Source: Thermoproteota archaeon (GTDB taxonomy: Archaea > Korarchaeota > Korarchaeia > Korarchaeales > JAOZGB01). From it: 64,000 nt of DNA. The DNA is taken from NCBI GenBank assembly GCA_037917685.1, contig JAVCBU010000012.1, forward strand, positions 288,001 to 352,000, in the 5' to 3' direction. Positions 17,612 through 27,590 of this stretch are shown here, one piece after another. The notes under the pieces are model-generated. The model saw only the letters and a list, made by a program, of their open reading frames with translations, was not told the DNA's origin and did not search any database. The first letter of the stretch is position 1. Each line of letters starts with the position of its first letter. The translations under genes and the position numbers were made by a program.

Positions 17612-19440
17612 AACTTCTAATGATACACGCTGACAAACTAGAGTACTGGGTTAAAAAACAGGCTGTTAAAGAAGCTAAAGAGCCTGAAAAGCGCCATCTC
17701 CTTATAGAAGATTGTCTAGTAGTATACACGGCCATCGAAGACGGCGATGATGAAAACCTGATTAAGAACGCGTTAGAAGAGATAAAGGATGTTTCAAAAA
17801 GGGTTAATGCAAGGAGGATTGTTATTTACCCGTGGGTTCACCTAACTAGCAAGCCAGCACCCTTTAAGAAGGCTGAAAAACTGATAGACATGTTGGCTGA
17901 GGAATGCGAATCTTCCGGATTTGAGGTTTTCCGTGTGCCTGGTGGCTGGTATAAGGCTTTTGAGATTCGATGTAAGGGCCACCCACTAGCTGAAACCCTT
18001 AGGGAGGTTAAGCCAGGTAAACCCGTCATAGTTGAGGCTGAGGAAAAGCCTGGAAAATTCTTGGTTTTGATGCCTGATGGGACGGAGTTGGAACCTACAG
18101 TTGACACCCTTAACAGGATAGGTGAAGATTTTAAGACATTTGTAATGGATGAAATAGACCTCTCCCATGAGTCTGGAGAGAAGCCGCCTCACATAGAGCT
18201 AATGAGAAGACTTGAACTCGTAGATTACGAGCCTGCAAGCGATGTTGGCCACTTTAGGTTTTACCCCAGGGGAGCCCTTGTGAAAGGCTTGATCGAGGAT
18301 TTGTCAGTTGAACTTGCAAATAGGGTTAAAGCGATGAGGATTGAGACTCCTTTTATGTATAGGCTTGAAGTTGACGCAATAAGGGAGCAGGCTGAGAAGT
18401 TTAGAGAAAGAAACTATGTAGTTCCAATGGATGGGAGACAGCTTATTGTGAGGTTTGCCGGGGATTTCGGCTTGTTTGAAATGTTGAAAGATGCAACAAT
18501 ATCGTATAGGAATCTGCCGGCAAGGTTCTTCGAATTATCACCTTCTTTCAGGCTGGAGCAAAGAGGAGAGTGTGTAGGGCTCAGGAGGTTAAGAGCTTTT
18601 ACTATGCCTGACATCCACTGCTTAACAATGGATATGAAACAGGCTTTAGAGGAATATAAGATGCTTTTCGGGCTATTCGCTGAGGTGCTTAGGGACTTAG
18701 AAGTTGATTTTGTTGTAGCATTCCGAGTGGTGGAAGAGTACTATCACAAGCTTAAACCAGAAATTCTCGAAATGCTTAGAGGCATCAATAAGCCTGCTTT
18801 AATAGAAATACTCCCAGAGATGAAGCATTACTGGGCGATGAAACATGAATTCCAGTTTGTTGACTCTGTAGGCGGGCACGCCCAGCTGAGCACTGTGCAA
18901 CTTGATGTTGAAGACTCGGAGAGATATGGAATAACATTTGTTGACAAAGATGGAAGGGAGAAGGGAACCCTCATAATACACTCGTCAATAGGCTCAATTG
19001 AAAGGTACATTTACTGCCTTCTAGAGGAGGGTGCTAAAAAGGCGAAGGCTGGAGTTAAACCTATGCTACCAGTCTGGATATCTCCAGTGCAAGTTAGAGT
19101 TGTACCTGTCTCGATGGAACAGATTAAATATGCTGAAGAACAGGCTAAGAAACTAAATAACCTAGGGGTTAGAACTGAATTAGATGACAGGGATCTGAGA
19201 CTCTCGAGGAAGATAGCTGACGCTGAGAAAATGTGGATACCTTACATTGCAGTTGCCGGGAGGGATGAAGTTAAAGATGGGAGTCTAATGGTTAGAATTA
19301 GAAAGACCGGAGAGAAAAAGAGACTTAAAGCAGAAGAGCTTGCCTCAATGATAAGAGAAGAAACAAGTGGAAAACCCTGGAGGCCGCTTCCAACGCCTAT
19401 GAAACTTACGGAGCAACCACACTTTACAAGACCAGCCTAG
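17608..19440 (+). CDS. thrS: Threonyl-tRNA synthetase, archaeal type with N-terminal editing domain
   Basis: MKLLMIHAD, WYKAFEIRCKGHPLAE, FRLEQRGE, RAFTMPDIH, HSSIGSIER. Confidence 0.96.
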   Translation: MKLLMIHADKLEYWVKKQAVKEAKEPEKRHLLIEDCLVVYTAIEDGDDENLIKNALEEIKDVSKRVNARRIVIYPWVHLTSKPAPFKKAEKLIDMLAEECESSGFEVFRVPGGWYKAFEIRCKGHPLAETLREVKPGKPVIVEAEEKPGKFLVLMPDGTELEPTVDTLNRIGEDFKTFVMDEIDLSHESGEKPPHIELMRRLELVDYEPASDVGHFRFYPRGALVKGLIEDLSVELANRVKAMRIETPFMYRLEVDAIREQAEKFRERNYVVPMDGRQLIVRFAGDFGLFEMLKDATISYRNLPARFFELSPSFRLEQRGECVGLRRLRAFTMPDIHCLTMDMKQALEEYKMLFGLFAEVLRDLEVDFVVAFRVVEEYYHKLKPEILEMLRGINKPALIEILPEMKHYWAMKHEFQFVDSVGGHAQLSTVQLDVEDSERYGITFVDKDGREKGTLIIHSSIGSIERYIYCLLEEGAKKAKAGVKPMLPVWISPVQVRVVPVSMEQIKYAEEQAKKLNNLGVRTELDDRDLRLSRKIADAEKMWIPYIAVAGRDEVKDGSLMVRIRKTGEKKRLKAEELASMIREETSGKPWRPLPTPMKLTEQPHFTRPA

Positions 19441-20120
19441 CTATTTACATCTCTAAAAGCCATAAAGCTTAGAAAAGTGTAGAATACCGCCGTAAACGAT
19501 GAGTGAAACAGTGAAAACAGAATTGACAGAGAAAAATCTTTTGTAAGAAGATATGACACAAAAGCATACCATATGTAGACGTTTCTTCTACCATCAATAG
19601 TGGTGATAATTCTCCCGGTATCACCCCAGCTTTTCACCGGGCTTCCCTTAACTATCCAACCGAGCTGGTATATATGTCTAACATACCCATCGATTACAAG
19701 CCATAAAAGTCCAGCGATAAGTATGCTTGTCTCACCAATAGACATGTAAGCTGCGTATACGAGAGACGCATACCATACTTGCTCATATAGAAAGTCCAGA
19801 GAATGTTCAAGCTTCCCTATCTTAGTGGGCTTTCCTCTTATTCTAGCAAGTTTTCCGTCAGTTCCATCCAGAATCATAACGGCGAGCATCAAGCCTATAC
19901 TATATGCATGGTATCCTGCTATCATCAAGTAAGCCGATATAAATGCCAACAAATCAGTGAAAACAGTTACAGCATCCGCTGATATATTAGTGTAATTTGC
20001 AAGTACAAAAACCAGGGCATCCTCAAGTGGCTTGTTTATGTACGATGTAAAGTGGCGGCCCTTCTGAACCGTTTTTACATCTTGCCAGGAATACTGCCTA
20101 GCTCCGGGCATAAACATCAC
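19437..20120 (-). CDS. CDP-alcohol phosphatidyltransferase family protein
   Basis: LDGTDGKLAR...GKLEHSLD (variant of DxxDGxxAR...GxxxDxxxD). Confidence 0.85.
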   Translation of the reverse strand: MMFMPGARQYSWQDVKTVQKGRHFTSYINKPLEDALVFVLANYTNISADAVTVFTDLLAFISAYLMIAGYHAYSIGLMLAVMILDGTDGKLARIRGKPTKIGKLEHSLDFLYEQVWYASLVYAAYMSIGETSILIAGLLWLVIDGYVRHIYQLGWIVKGSPVKSWGDTGRIITTIDGRRNVYIWYAFVSYLLTKDFSLSILFSLFHSSFTAVFYTFLSFMAFRDVNS

Positions 20121-20247
20121 CAGGAATAAATTGAAAGTTATGATGCAATAATGCTACACAATAATTATGAGCTGTAGGGCTTATTTAAACCAAGCGTTTC
20201 CTACACCCTAGGTAGGCTTTACCTTACCAGCGAATAAAGTTAGTCTT

Positions 20248-21246
20248 TCAAATACCTATGTCATGAAGATTAGACAGCTCCCTCATGATTTTCCTTGCCT
20301 TAAATAAGAAGTATACTAAGCCTGTTAGTGTTTGATTTAGAAATGTGGACAGTGTGGATGCCAAAATCGTCACAGTAGTAGAAATAGATTTTTCAAACCC
20401 GAAGGATATAAGGGTCAAGCTCATCACGCTTTCTCTAACTCCGGCGTCCCCCGGTATGCCGAATGGTATGATAGTAATAATCACGATGACGGAGTATAGG
20501 AAGAGTCCTAATGTCACAGGTATTTGCATATCAAGGGCTTTAAAGATGAGAAACAATGGCAGCATGTTAAGAGCCCATGACAAATAGCCTAACGCAAGAC
20601 AGGACAGCAACAGAAGCTTTTCCCCCTTGTAAGCTTTAAAGGAGCTTATGTACTCGGAGAGGATTCGATCAATGTCTTGAGCTTCCCCCCCTAGAGCCTT
20701 GGAGAAAAAGCTAGAAAATCTTAAGAGGTATTTCTCAGATGTTGAGACCAAAATTATTATGATTGCTAGAGCTAGAAGAGAAAAGGCTGCGACTATTATA
20801 TTTCTTACGATTGTTGCGTCTCCGGAGGATAGATGTGTTAGCCCAAGGGCGAATCCTGTGAGGAAAGGTGCCAACATGAGCATCCTATGCCATGCTATGG
20901 CTGCAGCGGATTTTCCGAGTTTAACTCCCGCCTTTCTTGAAAGATATAGGCGGAGAATCTCACCTGAAACTGAAGCGGTTGGAATTACTGTGGTTAAAAA
21001 TAGACTTGCCCATCCAATACTTATAGCTTCTCTAAGGGATATTTCATCTTTAAGAAGGATATACCAGGCAAAGTAGTATACGTATACAGCTATGTTAGCA
21101 GAGATTACTGAGAAAAGTATGTACACCGGGTTAGCCTTTTTAAAATACTCCAAAACCGTTTTAGGATCTGAATAGTATATTGTAGCTGCTATGATTGCTA
21201 CTCCGATGCCTAGTAGAACGACGTTTAACTTCTTAGGCTTATTCAA
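20248..21246 (-). CDS. UPF0104/flippase-like (lysylphosphatidylglycerol synthase TM domain) membrane protein
   Basis: PTASVSGEILR and PFGIPGDAGVRE motifs; about 8 TM. Confidence 0.85.
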   Translation of the reverse strand: MNKPKKLNVVLLGIGVAIIAATIYYSDPKTVLEYFKKANPVYILFSVISANIAVYVYYFAWYILLKDEISLREAISIGWASLFLTTVIPTASVSGEILRLYLSRKAGVKLGKSAAAIAWHRMLMLAPFLTGFALGLTHLSSGDATIVRNIIVAAFSLLALAIIIILVSTSEKYLLRFSSFFSKALGGEAQDIDRILSEYISSFKAYKGEKLLLLSCLALGYLSWALNMLPLFLIFKALDMQIPVTLGLFLYSVIVIITIIPFGIPGDAGVRESVMSLTLISFGFEKSISTTVTILASTLSTFLNQTLTGLVYFLFKARKIMRELSNLHDIGI

Positions 21247-21818
21247 GCCTTCACCACGTCTATTATTTTTTGAGCTGCCTTAGTAGCAATTTTTAAACCT
21301 TCTTCGGATGACTCTAAGACGCAGGGCACTCTGATATCCAATGCTCCATTCTTACCGATGAAAGCTAGGGATTTGAAGCCTTCAATCTCCTCTCTAAAGA
21401 TAGCATAGTCCTCTGCTACACGTCCGTCGATAGGCTTCTTGATGGATTTCAGTTTGAAATTTTCTATGTAGCCTTTAATCCTAATTCCAACTGGAAGTAA
21501 ATCCACTGTAAATCTGACATTACCTACCGTGTAAACAGGTGGAGGCTTGAACTTCCCTGTTCTCCCGGCTACTCTAAGATAGCCTGCTATTGATGTCTTG
21601 ACCCACCCTTTTAGTGGAAAGTCTTCTCCTAGCTCGTTTACCTCACGGACTATATCAGCGATTAGGTCTTTCATCCCTAAAAGGGAGGCTATTCTAGCTG
21701 CCATGTTATAGCAAACCAGTCTCTCAGATGGGTCAGCTTCCTCCTCTCTTGCCTTCTCTAGAAAGTGGGATATCGCGTCAAGGTAAAGGCCGGCCCATTC
21801 CATTATATATGGTTTCAT
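21243..21818 (-). CDS. Hypothetical protein
   Basis: 191-aa ORF tightly packed between co-oriented genes, GGTGA RBS; no recognised motif. Confidence 0.7.
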   Translation of the reverse strand: MKPYIMEWAGLYLDAISHFLEKAREEEADPSERLVCYNMAARIASLLGMKDLIADIVREVNELGEDFPLKGWVKTSIAGYLRVAGRTGKFKPPPVYTVGNVRFTVDLLPVGIRIKGYIENFKLKSIKKPIDGRVAEDYAIFREEIEGFKSLAFIGKNGALDIRVPCVLESSEEGLKIATKAAQKIIDVVKA

Positions 21819-21828
21819 TTTGAATCAC

Positions 21829-22497
21829 CTAGTGAGTATAAGCTACTATTACTTTTCGGGGAGTGGACACAGTTTCGCCAGTGTAGACTACTACGGTGAG
21901 CGAGTCTAGTGGGGTGTGATATATAGTTTTCAGAACGTACAGCTGATTTCTCATCTTGGCGATCGTTTTCAACCAGCTTTCCCTCGGCACCGTGTAGCCT
22001 CTTGTTTCGACAAGGGCTGGAGAGGATATAGCCTCAAATATTTCTTTGACGAGGCTTCCCTCAACATCAACGAGGAAATCCGCATTTAGCGGCTTCCATA
22101 CGCTTCCGGATCCCGGAAGCCTATAGATTTTTTTAACTCCCAGCTTTGAAAGTAGGCATGCAACTATGGCTTCTCCTAAAGCTTTACACACACTTTCAGT
22201 ATGATATTGATAGTAGGGAGGCGGCCTTGGTGATGCTGACCTTGCCCTAGCAAGCATTAAAGCTTTATTATAATATCCTTCGGGGGGAGGGTTAAAGCTG
22301 TACGAGTCTAAATGCCCGGATAAACAGAGGACGTAGTCTTGCGAGTATATTTCACCATAAATCTCAACCTCGAACCCTGTTATCGATAATTCTAACGCTC
22401 TAATAGGACTTGGCGGTTTTCCCGCTGTCGGATAATCGTAGAATTCAACTCGAAACCGGTATTCTTTCTCTAAGGGATGTACTTGACGATCGGTCAA
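21829..22497 (-). CDS. Hypothetical protein, possible PD-(D/E)XK nuclease fold
   Basis: ALGEAIV...NADFLVD...LVETRG...RNQL resembles the E..D..ExK..Q core. Confidence 0.55.
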   Translation of the reverse strand: MTDRQVHPLEKEYRFRVEFYDYPTAGKPPSPIRALELSITGFEVEIYGEIYSQDYVLCLSGHLDSYSFNPPPEGYYNKALMLARARSASPRPPPYYQYHTESVCKALGEAIVACLLSKLGVKKIYRLPGSGSVWKPLNADFLVDVEGSLVKEIFEAISSPALVETRGYTVPRESWLKTIAKMRNQLYVLKTIYHTPLDSLTVVVYTGETVSTPRKVIVAYTH

Positions 22498-22546
22498 TGT
22501 TAATCGATTTTGATTCTACATGGCAATTAATAAATAAATTATTAGC

Positions 22547-23737
22547 TTATTTTCCATGCTTTGAAAAGTCTATTAGCAGGTTTATAAGACCCTCAAGATC
22601 TCTGAGATTAACATATTCGTCGATGCCGTGATAGTTAGTATTCTTCCTTGCTAGGCCATAGCATATTATCGGGACTCTAAGGTCTTTGAAGAAATGGCCA
22701 TCGTTACCGGCTAGTTCAACGGCGATTGGAGGATTGTTGAAGTATTTATCCGCGGAAGCCTTGAATCTTTTTACAAGCCAGCTCTCAGGATCTGTGTAAT
22801 AGCCTGGAAGTTTGGCAATGGGCTTGACCTCCGAAACCTTAAATCCATACTGGCAGGCTATATTGTAAACTTCCACCTCAAGTTTTTTGTAGGCATCATC
22901 CGGGTTTTCGTCTGGGGTTATTCTCCTATCAACTGTGATCTTACACTCGCCTGGAATGACGTTTTCCTTCATTCCTGCATGGATCATCGTGACCGACAAT
23001 CTTCTAAACACCCACGGCTTCGGTGACCCGGGTGGAGCGGGAAAGCTAGTTCTAACATTTTCTAGCATGGAAGAATATCTTCTAATCCCAAGAATAAGTT
23101 TTTGGCAGTCATATATTGGATTCCTATGTAGAAATGGATATGCAGCGTGTCCTTGGCTTCCCTCAACTGTAATTTCAGCCCATACTATACCACAAGCACC
23201 AATAGAAATGTATTCAGGAGAGGAGTCTAGAACTACTACGCCGTCCCCTTTAACGCCCACCTCTTTGACCATGTATCCAACGCCGAGCTTTCCGCCGACC
23301 TCTTCGTCAACTGAAATTAAAAGATGGATGTTGAAATCAAGCTCGTCTTCCTTAACAAGTTCTCTAAGAGCTGCCATGGAGGCAGCTATACACCCTTTAT
23401 CATCGGCAGCCCCTCTACCGTAGAGTTTTTCACCCTCAACGGTCAACGAGTATGGGTTTCTAGACCAGCCGGATCCCGCAGGCACAACATCGTAGTGAGT
23501 GACCCATAATATGGTTTTAGGGCTCCCAACATCTAGCTTTATTAGTAGGTTAGGTCTTGAGTAACCGTCTTTGGCTAGTATTTCCGAATCATAAACTTCA
23601 ACATCCAAACCTAATGATTTAGCCTCCTTCTCGATAAACCATGCACAGTCTGCATATCTCTTAAGTTTTACGTCAGTCTTATAAGAGATAAGTTTACCTA
23701 GAAGGTTGAAAGCGTAGGAAAAAGTGTTTTCCATCAT
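22547..23737 (-). CDS. M20/ArgE-DapE family metallopeptidase/deacylase
   Basis: THYDVVPAG, GRGAADDKG, DEEVGG, GHAA, NVIP, HGIDEY. Confidence 0.92.
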   Translation of the reverse strand: MMENTFSYAFNLLGKLISYKTDVKLKRYADCAWFIEKEAKSLGLDVEVYDSEILAKDGYSRPNLLIKLDVGSPKTILWVTHYDVVPAGSGWSRNPYSLTVEGEKLYGRGAADDKGCIAASMAALRELVKEDELDFNIHLLISVDEEVGGKLGVGYMVKEVGVKGDGVVVLDSSPEYISIGACGIVWAEITVEGSQGHAAYPFLHRNPIYDCQKLILGIRRYSSMLENVRTSFPAPPGSPKPWVFRRLSVTMIHAGMKENVIPGECKITVDRRITPDENPDDAYKKLEVEVYNIACQYGFKVSEVKPIAKLPGYYTDPESWLVKRFKASADKYFNNPPIAVELAGNDGHFFKDLRVPIICYGLARKNTNYHGIDEYVNLRDLEGLINLLIDFSKHGK

Positions 23738-23792
23738 GTAGGATAGCTACCCTTCCAGATATAAGAATTTTTCAGACTAGATTTAATAAGAA

Positions 23793-24020
23793 CTATAATT
23801 TTTCGCCCTTACAGTGGAGCTCCCCTTTATACCTTCTTATAAAGTTCGGACAAACGTAGCATTGAAGGAATGAAACCCTTTTACCGAGAACCGGACAGTC
23901 TACGGCGTCCTTTGAGAACTTTCTGAGGAGTTTCCCGCCGAGTTCCTTTTTAGCCCTCTCCCTAATATCCTTGGAAACACGTATCGACTTCTCAAGAGAT
24001 TCTATTTTTAGTTTAATCAC
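23793..24020 (-). CDS. Small basic Cys4 (putative Zn-binding) protein
   Basis: 75 aa, VDCPV...QCYVCPNF...HCKG; 4-bp overlap with the upstream gene. Confidence 0.75.
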   Translation of the reverse strand: MIKLKIESLEKSIRVSKDIRERAKKELGGKLLRKFSKDAVDCPVLGKRVSFLQCYVCPNFIRRYKGELHCKGEKL

Positions 24021-24862
24021 ATTGAGATGATAGAATCAAATAGATAAAATGTTAAACATGGTAAGAGGGAGGCTAAACCGAGAATTACAGCTATAATTGA
24101 AAGTAGAAGGATAAGCTTAGAGGATGCGAGATTGACTGCTATTCTCCTTAGAACTTTAATAGCGACTACTCCTGTTAGTGCTGCAGAAATAGCAGCCACC
24201 GCCCCATTTATATTAAAGAACCACACAGTAACAGGCTCCCCGCCGAAGGCTAAGGATATAAAAACAGCAGCTGGTATGGAGAGCATTGAGAGCATGAACG
24301 AGAGATCTAACGACGCAGAAGCGTTAAAACCTAGTAAAGCAGCTGAAAAAATTGTTATTCCAGAACGACTTACCCCCGGAACTGCAGAGAAACCCTGGGC
24401 TATTCCAATTATGAATGAGTCCCTTAAGCTGACTTCTTTCATATCTCTATCGCCTTTAAACCTGGTTTTTAAAAGTATAATTGCTGTTGCGATAAAGAGG
24501 AGATTTAAAGCCATCGTAACATATCGACTGGAGGCTACATCGATACTCAACAATTTATGAACAAAAAAGTATAGGGGAAGCCCTGTAAGAGCTGTAGAAA
24601 GAGAAGCTAAGCTAATGAATCTGGCCTGTACCGATTTAAACTTGTTTTTTGCAATGTCCCGGATAATCATCGGCCCGTAAACTGTTAAGGCAGCTATTAA
24701 TGTTCCGATGTGGAGGCTTATTGCAAGATCGTATGCTATGGCAGCATTCGCACCCAGTATAATCAAAATTATCATTATGATCGTCTTACTGCTTAGAGGG
24801 AGCCACTCAGCTACTCCTTGAACAATCCCTAATATTAGAGAGAAAAATATTTTTCCGTCCAC
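24017..24862 (-). CDS. uppP: UppP/BacA-family polyprenyl-diphosphate phosphatase
   Basis: QGVAEWLPLSS, LHIGT, QGFSAVPGVSRSGIT. Confidence 0.9.
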   Translation of the reverse strand: MDGKIFFSLILGIVQGVAEWLPLSSKTIIMIILIILGANAAIAYDLAISLHIGTLIAALTVYGPMIIRDIAKNKFKSVQARFISLASLSTALTGLPLYFFVHKLLSIDVASSRYVTMALNLLFIATAIILLKTRFKGDRDMKEVSLRDSFIIGIAQGFSAVPGVSRSGITIFSAALLGFNASASLDLSFMLSMLSIPAAVFISLAFGGEPVTVWFFNINGAVAAISAALTGVVAIKVLRRIAVNLASSKLILLLSIIAVILGLASLLPCLTFYLFDSIISM

Positions 24863-24913
24863 CTGCTAGAATCGGACTTTTAAAATTTTAAATTCTGCAT
24901 ATTCTTAAACAAT

Positions 24914-25423
24914 GTGCTTGTGGCGGTTGGCTCAACGAATCCTGTTAAGATAAATGCTGTTAAGAAGACTTTTGACACTTTCTTCAATGAAGACGTTGAG
25001 GTAACGGGCTTTAATATTAACCCGGGAGTTCCAAGCCAACCCATAGGCATCCAAACAATGATTGGTGCCTTTAAAAGGGCTTTAGAAAGCCAAAAACTTG
25101 CGTCCTCAGATTATGGGGTAGGAATCGAGGGTGGAATATCCTTACTATGGGGAAGATGGTATGCATTTGGCTTTGTCGCCATTATCGATAGGTACGGCAA
25201 AATATCTACAGGAACAACAGGCTGGTTCCAACTGCCTGAAAAGATTTTAAAGAGTGTACTTTCAGGAAATGAACTAGGGACTGTGATGGATAGAATCTCC
25301 GGAATTGTGGGAAGCAAGTATAAATCAGGAGCCATAGGCTATCTTACTAACGCTGTCGTCACAAGACAGGACTTATACCAGCATGGCGTGTATATGGCCT
25401 TAGCGGGCATGAAAGAGGTGTAA
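24914..25423 (+). CDS. yjjX: Inosine/xanthosine triphosphatase (YjjX family)
   Basis: VAVGSTNPVK, GVPSQP, GIEGG, GNELG, GAIGYLT. Confidence 0.92.
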   Translation: MLVAVGSTNPVKINAVKKTFDTFFNEDVEVTGFNINPGVPSQPIGIQTMIGAFKRALESQKLASSDYGVGIEGGISLLWGRWYAFGFVAIIDRYGKISTGTTGWFQLPEKILKSVLSGNELGTVMDRISGIVGSKYKSGAIGYLTNAVVTRQDLYQHGVYMALAGMKEV

Positions 25424-25426
25424 GCC

Positions 25427-25777
25427 TTGCCTGAGGTGAAGATACAGTCTTACGATTTTGGTAGAATCGTAGTAAACGGTAAAGAATATGATAGAGACCT
25501 TATACTTACACATGATAGCGTAAAACCAAACTGGTGGAGGAAAAGAGGCCACAAGCTATGCCTTGATGATTTAAAGGGGAAAATCCCGGATGATATTGAA
25601 GTATTGATTATAGGCACGGGTTATTTAGGCTACATGGAGGTCTTACCGGAGGTCAGAGAGTTTTATATTAGACGTGGTGTGGAAGTTATAGAGGAAAAAA
25701 CGGTTGATGCTTGGAAAACATTCAACAGGATTGTAGGGAGTAAAAAGGTTGCAGCGGCCTTCCACCTCACCTGCTAA
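25427..25777 (+). CDS. Mth938-like (DUF498) protein
   Basis: YDFGRIVVNG, WWRKRGH, IIGTGYLG, C-terminal FHLTC. Confidence 0.9.
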   Translation: MPEVKIQSYDFGRIVVNGKEYDRDLILTHDSVKPNWWRKRGHKLCLDDLKGKIPDDIEVLIIGTGYLGYMEVLPEVREFYIRRGVEVIEEKTVDAWKTFNRIVGSKKVAAAFHLTC

Positions 25778-26756
25778 GGTCAGAGTTTCTATAGGGACAG
25801 CGAGCCTTATAGGATTGCGAAAGGATAAGGTAAAACTTCAAGTTAGACCCACAACGGCGTATCTTATGACATATATTAAAGGCCGTTGTTCTGCTAGCTG
25901 TCTATTTTGCCCACAATCTAAAGGGTCCACTTCTAATCCGGATATGCTTTCCAGAATATTGTGGCCTGCGTACCCCACGGAAATAGTCTTAGACAAAATA
26001 TCTACCATGTTTAACAGCTTCTTTAAGAGGGTATGTATCCAGGTGCAGAGAAGAAGAGATTCGGAATCACAGGCTCTTAATATCGTTTTGAACCTAGTAG
26101 AAAAAGACGTTGACAAAATCTCGGTAGCTGTTAATCCTTTCTCTATAGAATTCTTAGAGACTCTAAAAAAGGCTGGAGTAGAGAGGGTAGGCATCTCCCT
26201 TGATGCTGCTAATAAAAAGGTTTTCGATAGGGTAAAACCCGGATTTGAATGGGAGGGAATGTGGCGTAAAATGATGGCCGCAGTAGATATTTTTGGTCCT
26301 TGGAAGGTTACATGTCATTTAATAGCTGGATTAGGTGAGTCAGAAAAAGATCTTGTAGAAACGATGGCTAGGTTAAGAGACATGAAAATTATTCCTTCGC
26401 TTTTTGCTTTTACACCTGTACCAGGAACAAAGCTCGAAATGACTGGGAGGCCCAGCCTAAACTCTTATAGGAGAGTTCAGGTTGCAAGATTCCTCTTAAT
26501 GAAAGGCTATAGTCTAGAGGAGTTTACATTTACGGAAGGCGGTGTAATAAGATGTATTACGGTAGCGTCCAAGGATTTGAACATTATAAAGTCCGGATCT
26601 CCATTCCAAACTTCAGGGTGCCCCGTTTGCAATAGGCCTTTTTATAATGAAACACCATTAGGACCCATATATAACTATGCGTGGAAGCCGAGTAGATCGG
26701 AGGCTTTAGAATCCTATAAGCTTGTAGAAGGGTGTTTAAAATGCGATTCATCGTAG
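25749..26756 (+). CDS. lipS2: Radical SAM lipoyl synthase component LipS2
   Basis: CSASCLFC (CxxxCxxC), LSRILWP, HLIAGLGE, and TSGCPVCNRP matching the LipS2 TxGCPxC(N/D)RP motif; beside a lipoate ligase. Confidence 0.82.
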   Translation: MQRPSTSPAKVRVSIGTASLIGLRKDKVKLQVRPTTAYLMTYIKGRCSASCLFCPQSKGSTSNPDMLSRILWPAYPTEIVLDKISTMFNSFFKRVCIQVQRRRDSESQALNIVLNLVEKDVDKISVAVNPFSIEFLETLKKAGVERVGISLDAANKKVFDRVKPGFEWEGMWRKMMAAVDIFGPWKVTCHLIAGLGESEKDLVETMARLRDMKIIPSLFAFTPVPGTKLEMTGRPSLNSYRRVQVARFLLMKGYSLEEFTFTEGGVIRCITVASKDLNIIKSGSPFQTSGCPVCNRPFYNETPLGPIYNYAWKPSRSEALESYKLVEGCLKCDSS

Positions 26757-27493
26757 ATAGAGCAAGGGATGCCTTCACAAATATGGCGTTAGATGAAGCC
26801 ATGTTAAAGCTCAGGGTTAAAGGTCTCATAGATGACACAGTTAGAGTTTACCGGTGGGCGCCGTCGGCAGTCTCCATAGGGTACTTCCAAAGAATAAGGG
26901 ATGTAGTTAATATAGCTGAATGTTTAAGGAATGGGATAGACATCGTAAGAAGACAAACTGGCGGCGGAGCTGTTCTCCATATGTACGATGGAGAAGTTAC
27001 ATATAGCTTCGTAACACTTCCAGGGACAGTTGTCCCTAGAAACATTAAGGAGTCCTTTAGGGTTGTATGTGAAGCAATAGTTGAATCTCTGAGGCTTATC
27101 GGTGCTAATGCAGAATTTAAGCCGGTGAATGACGTAGTAATAGGCGGGAAGAAAGTATCTGGTAACGCGCAGACAAGAAAGTATGGAGGGTTCCTTCAAC
27201 ATGGGACGATACTTACTAGACTTGACACGGAACTCATGTCCAGGGTCCTAATAGTCCCAGGTGAAAAACTCAAAGATAAAGGCGTAACTACTATTAAAGG
27301 AAGAGTTACTAGTCTGGAAAAGGAGCTTGGAAGAAAAGTAGATTTTATCGAGGTATCCAAAGCTTTAAAGCAAGGGTTCGAAAAAGTGTTTAAAACAAAG
27401 CTCAAAGAGTCATCATTCACCGATGAGGAATTAAAAACAGCATGCAAGCTAAGACATAAATATTTGGATCCAGATTGGACCTATATGAGATAG
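26741..27493 (+). CDS. Lipoate:protein ligase/octanoyltransferase, catalytic domain only
   Basis: NMALDEA, SIGYFQ, RRQTGGGAV, ND...KKVSGNAQ, QHGT. Confidence 0.92.
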   Translation: MRFIVDRARDAFTNMALDEAMLKLRVKGLIDDTVRVYRWAPSAVSIGYFQRIRDVVNIAECLRNGIDIVRRQTGGGAVLHMYDGEVTYSFVTLPGTVVPRNIKESFRVVCEAIVESLRLIGANAEFKPVNDVVIGGKKVSGNAQTRKYGGFLQHGTILTRLDTELMSRVLIVPGEKLKDKGVTTIKGRVTSLEKELGRKVDFIEVSKALKQGFEKVFKTKLKESSFTDEELKTACKLRHKYLDPDWTYMR

Positions 27494-27590
27494 TAGTTGG
27501 GTTGTTCTATCTTATTTTACATTTAAAGGATGGCTGATAGAGTCTCCTGCCTCTTAGCATTATCGATGGAGTCTTCCTACACACTAAATG

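Noticed and set aside
27494-27590. Possible C/D-box sRNA between the lipoate ligase gene and lipS1
   Set aside because: All four putative boxes deviate from RUGAUGA/CUGA, and I could not identify a guide target.
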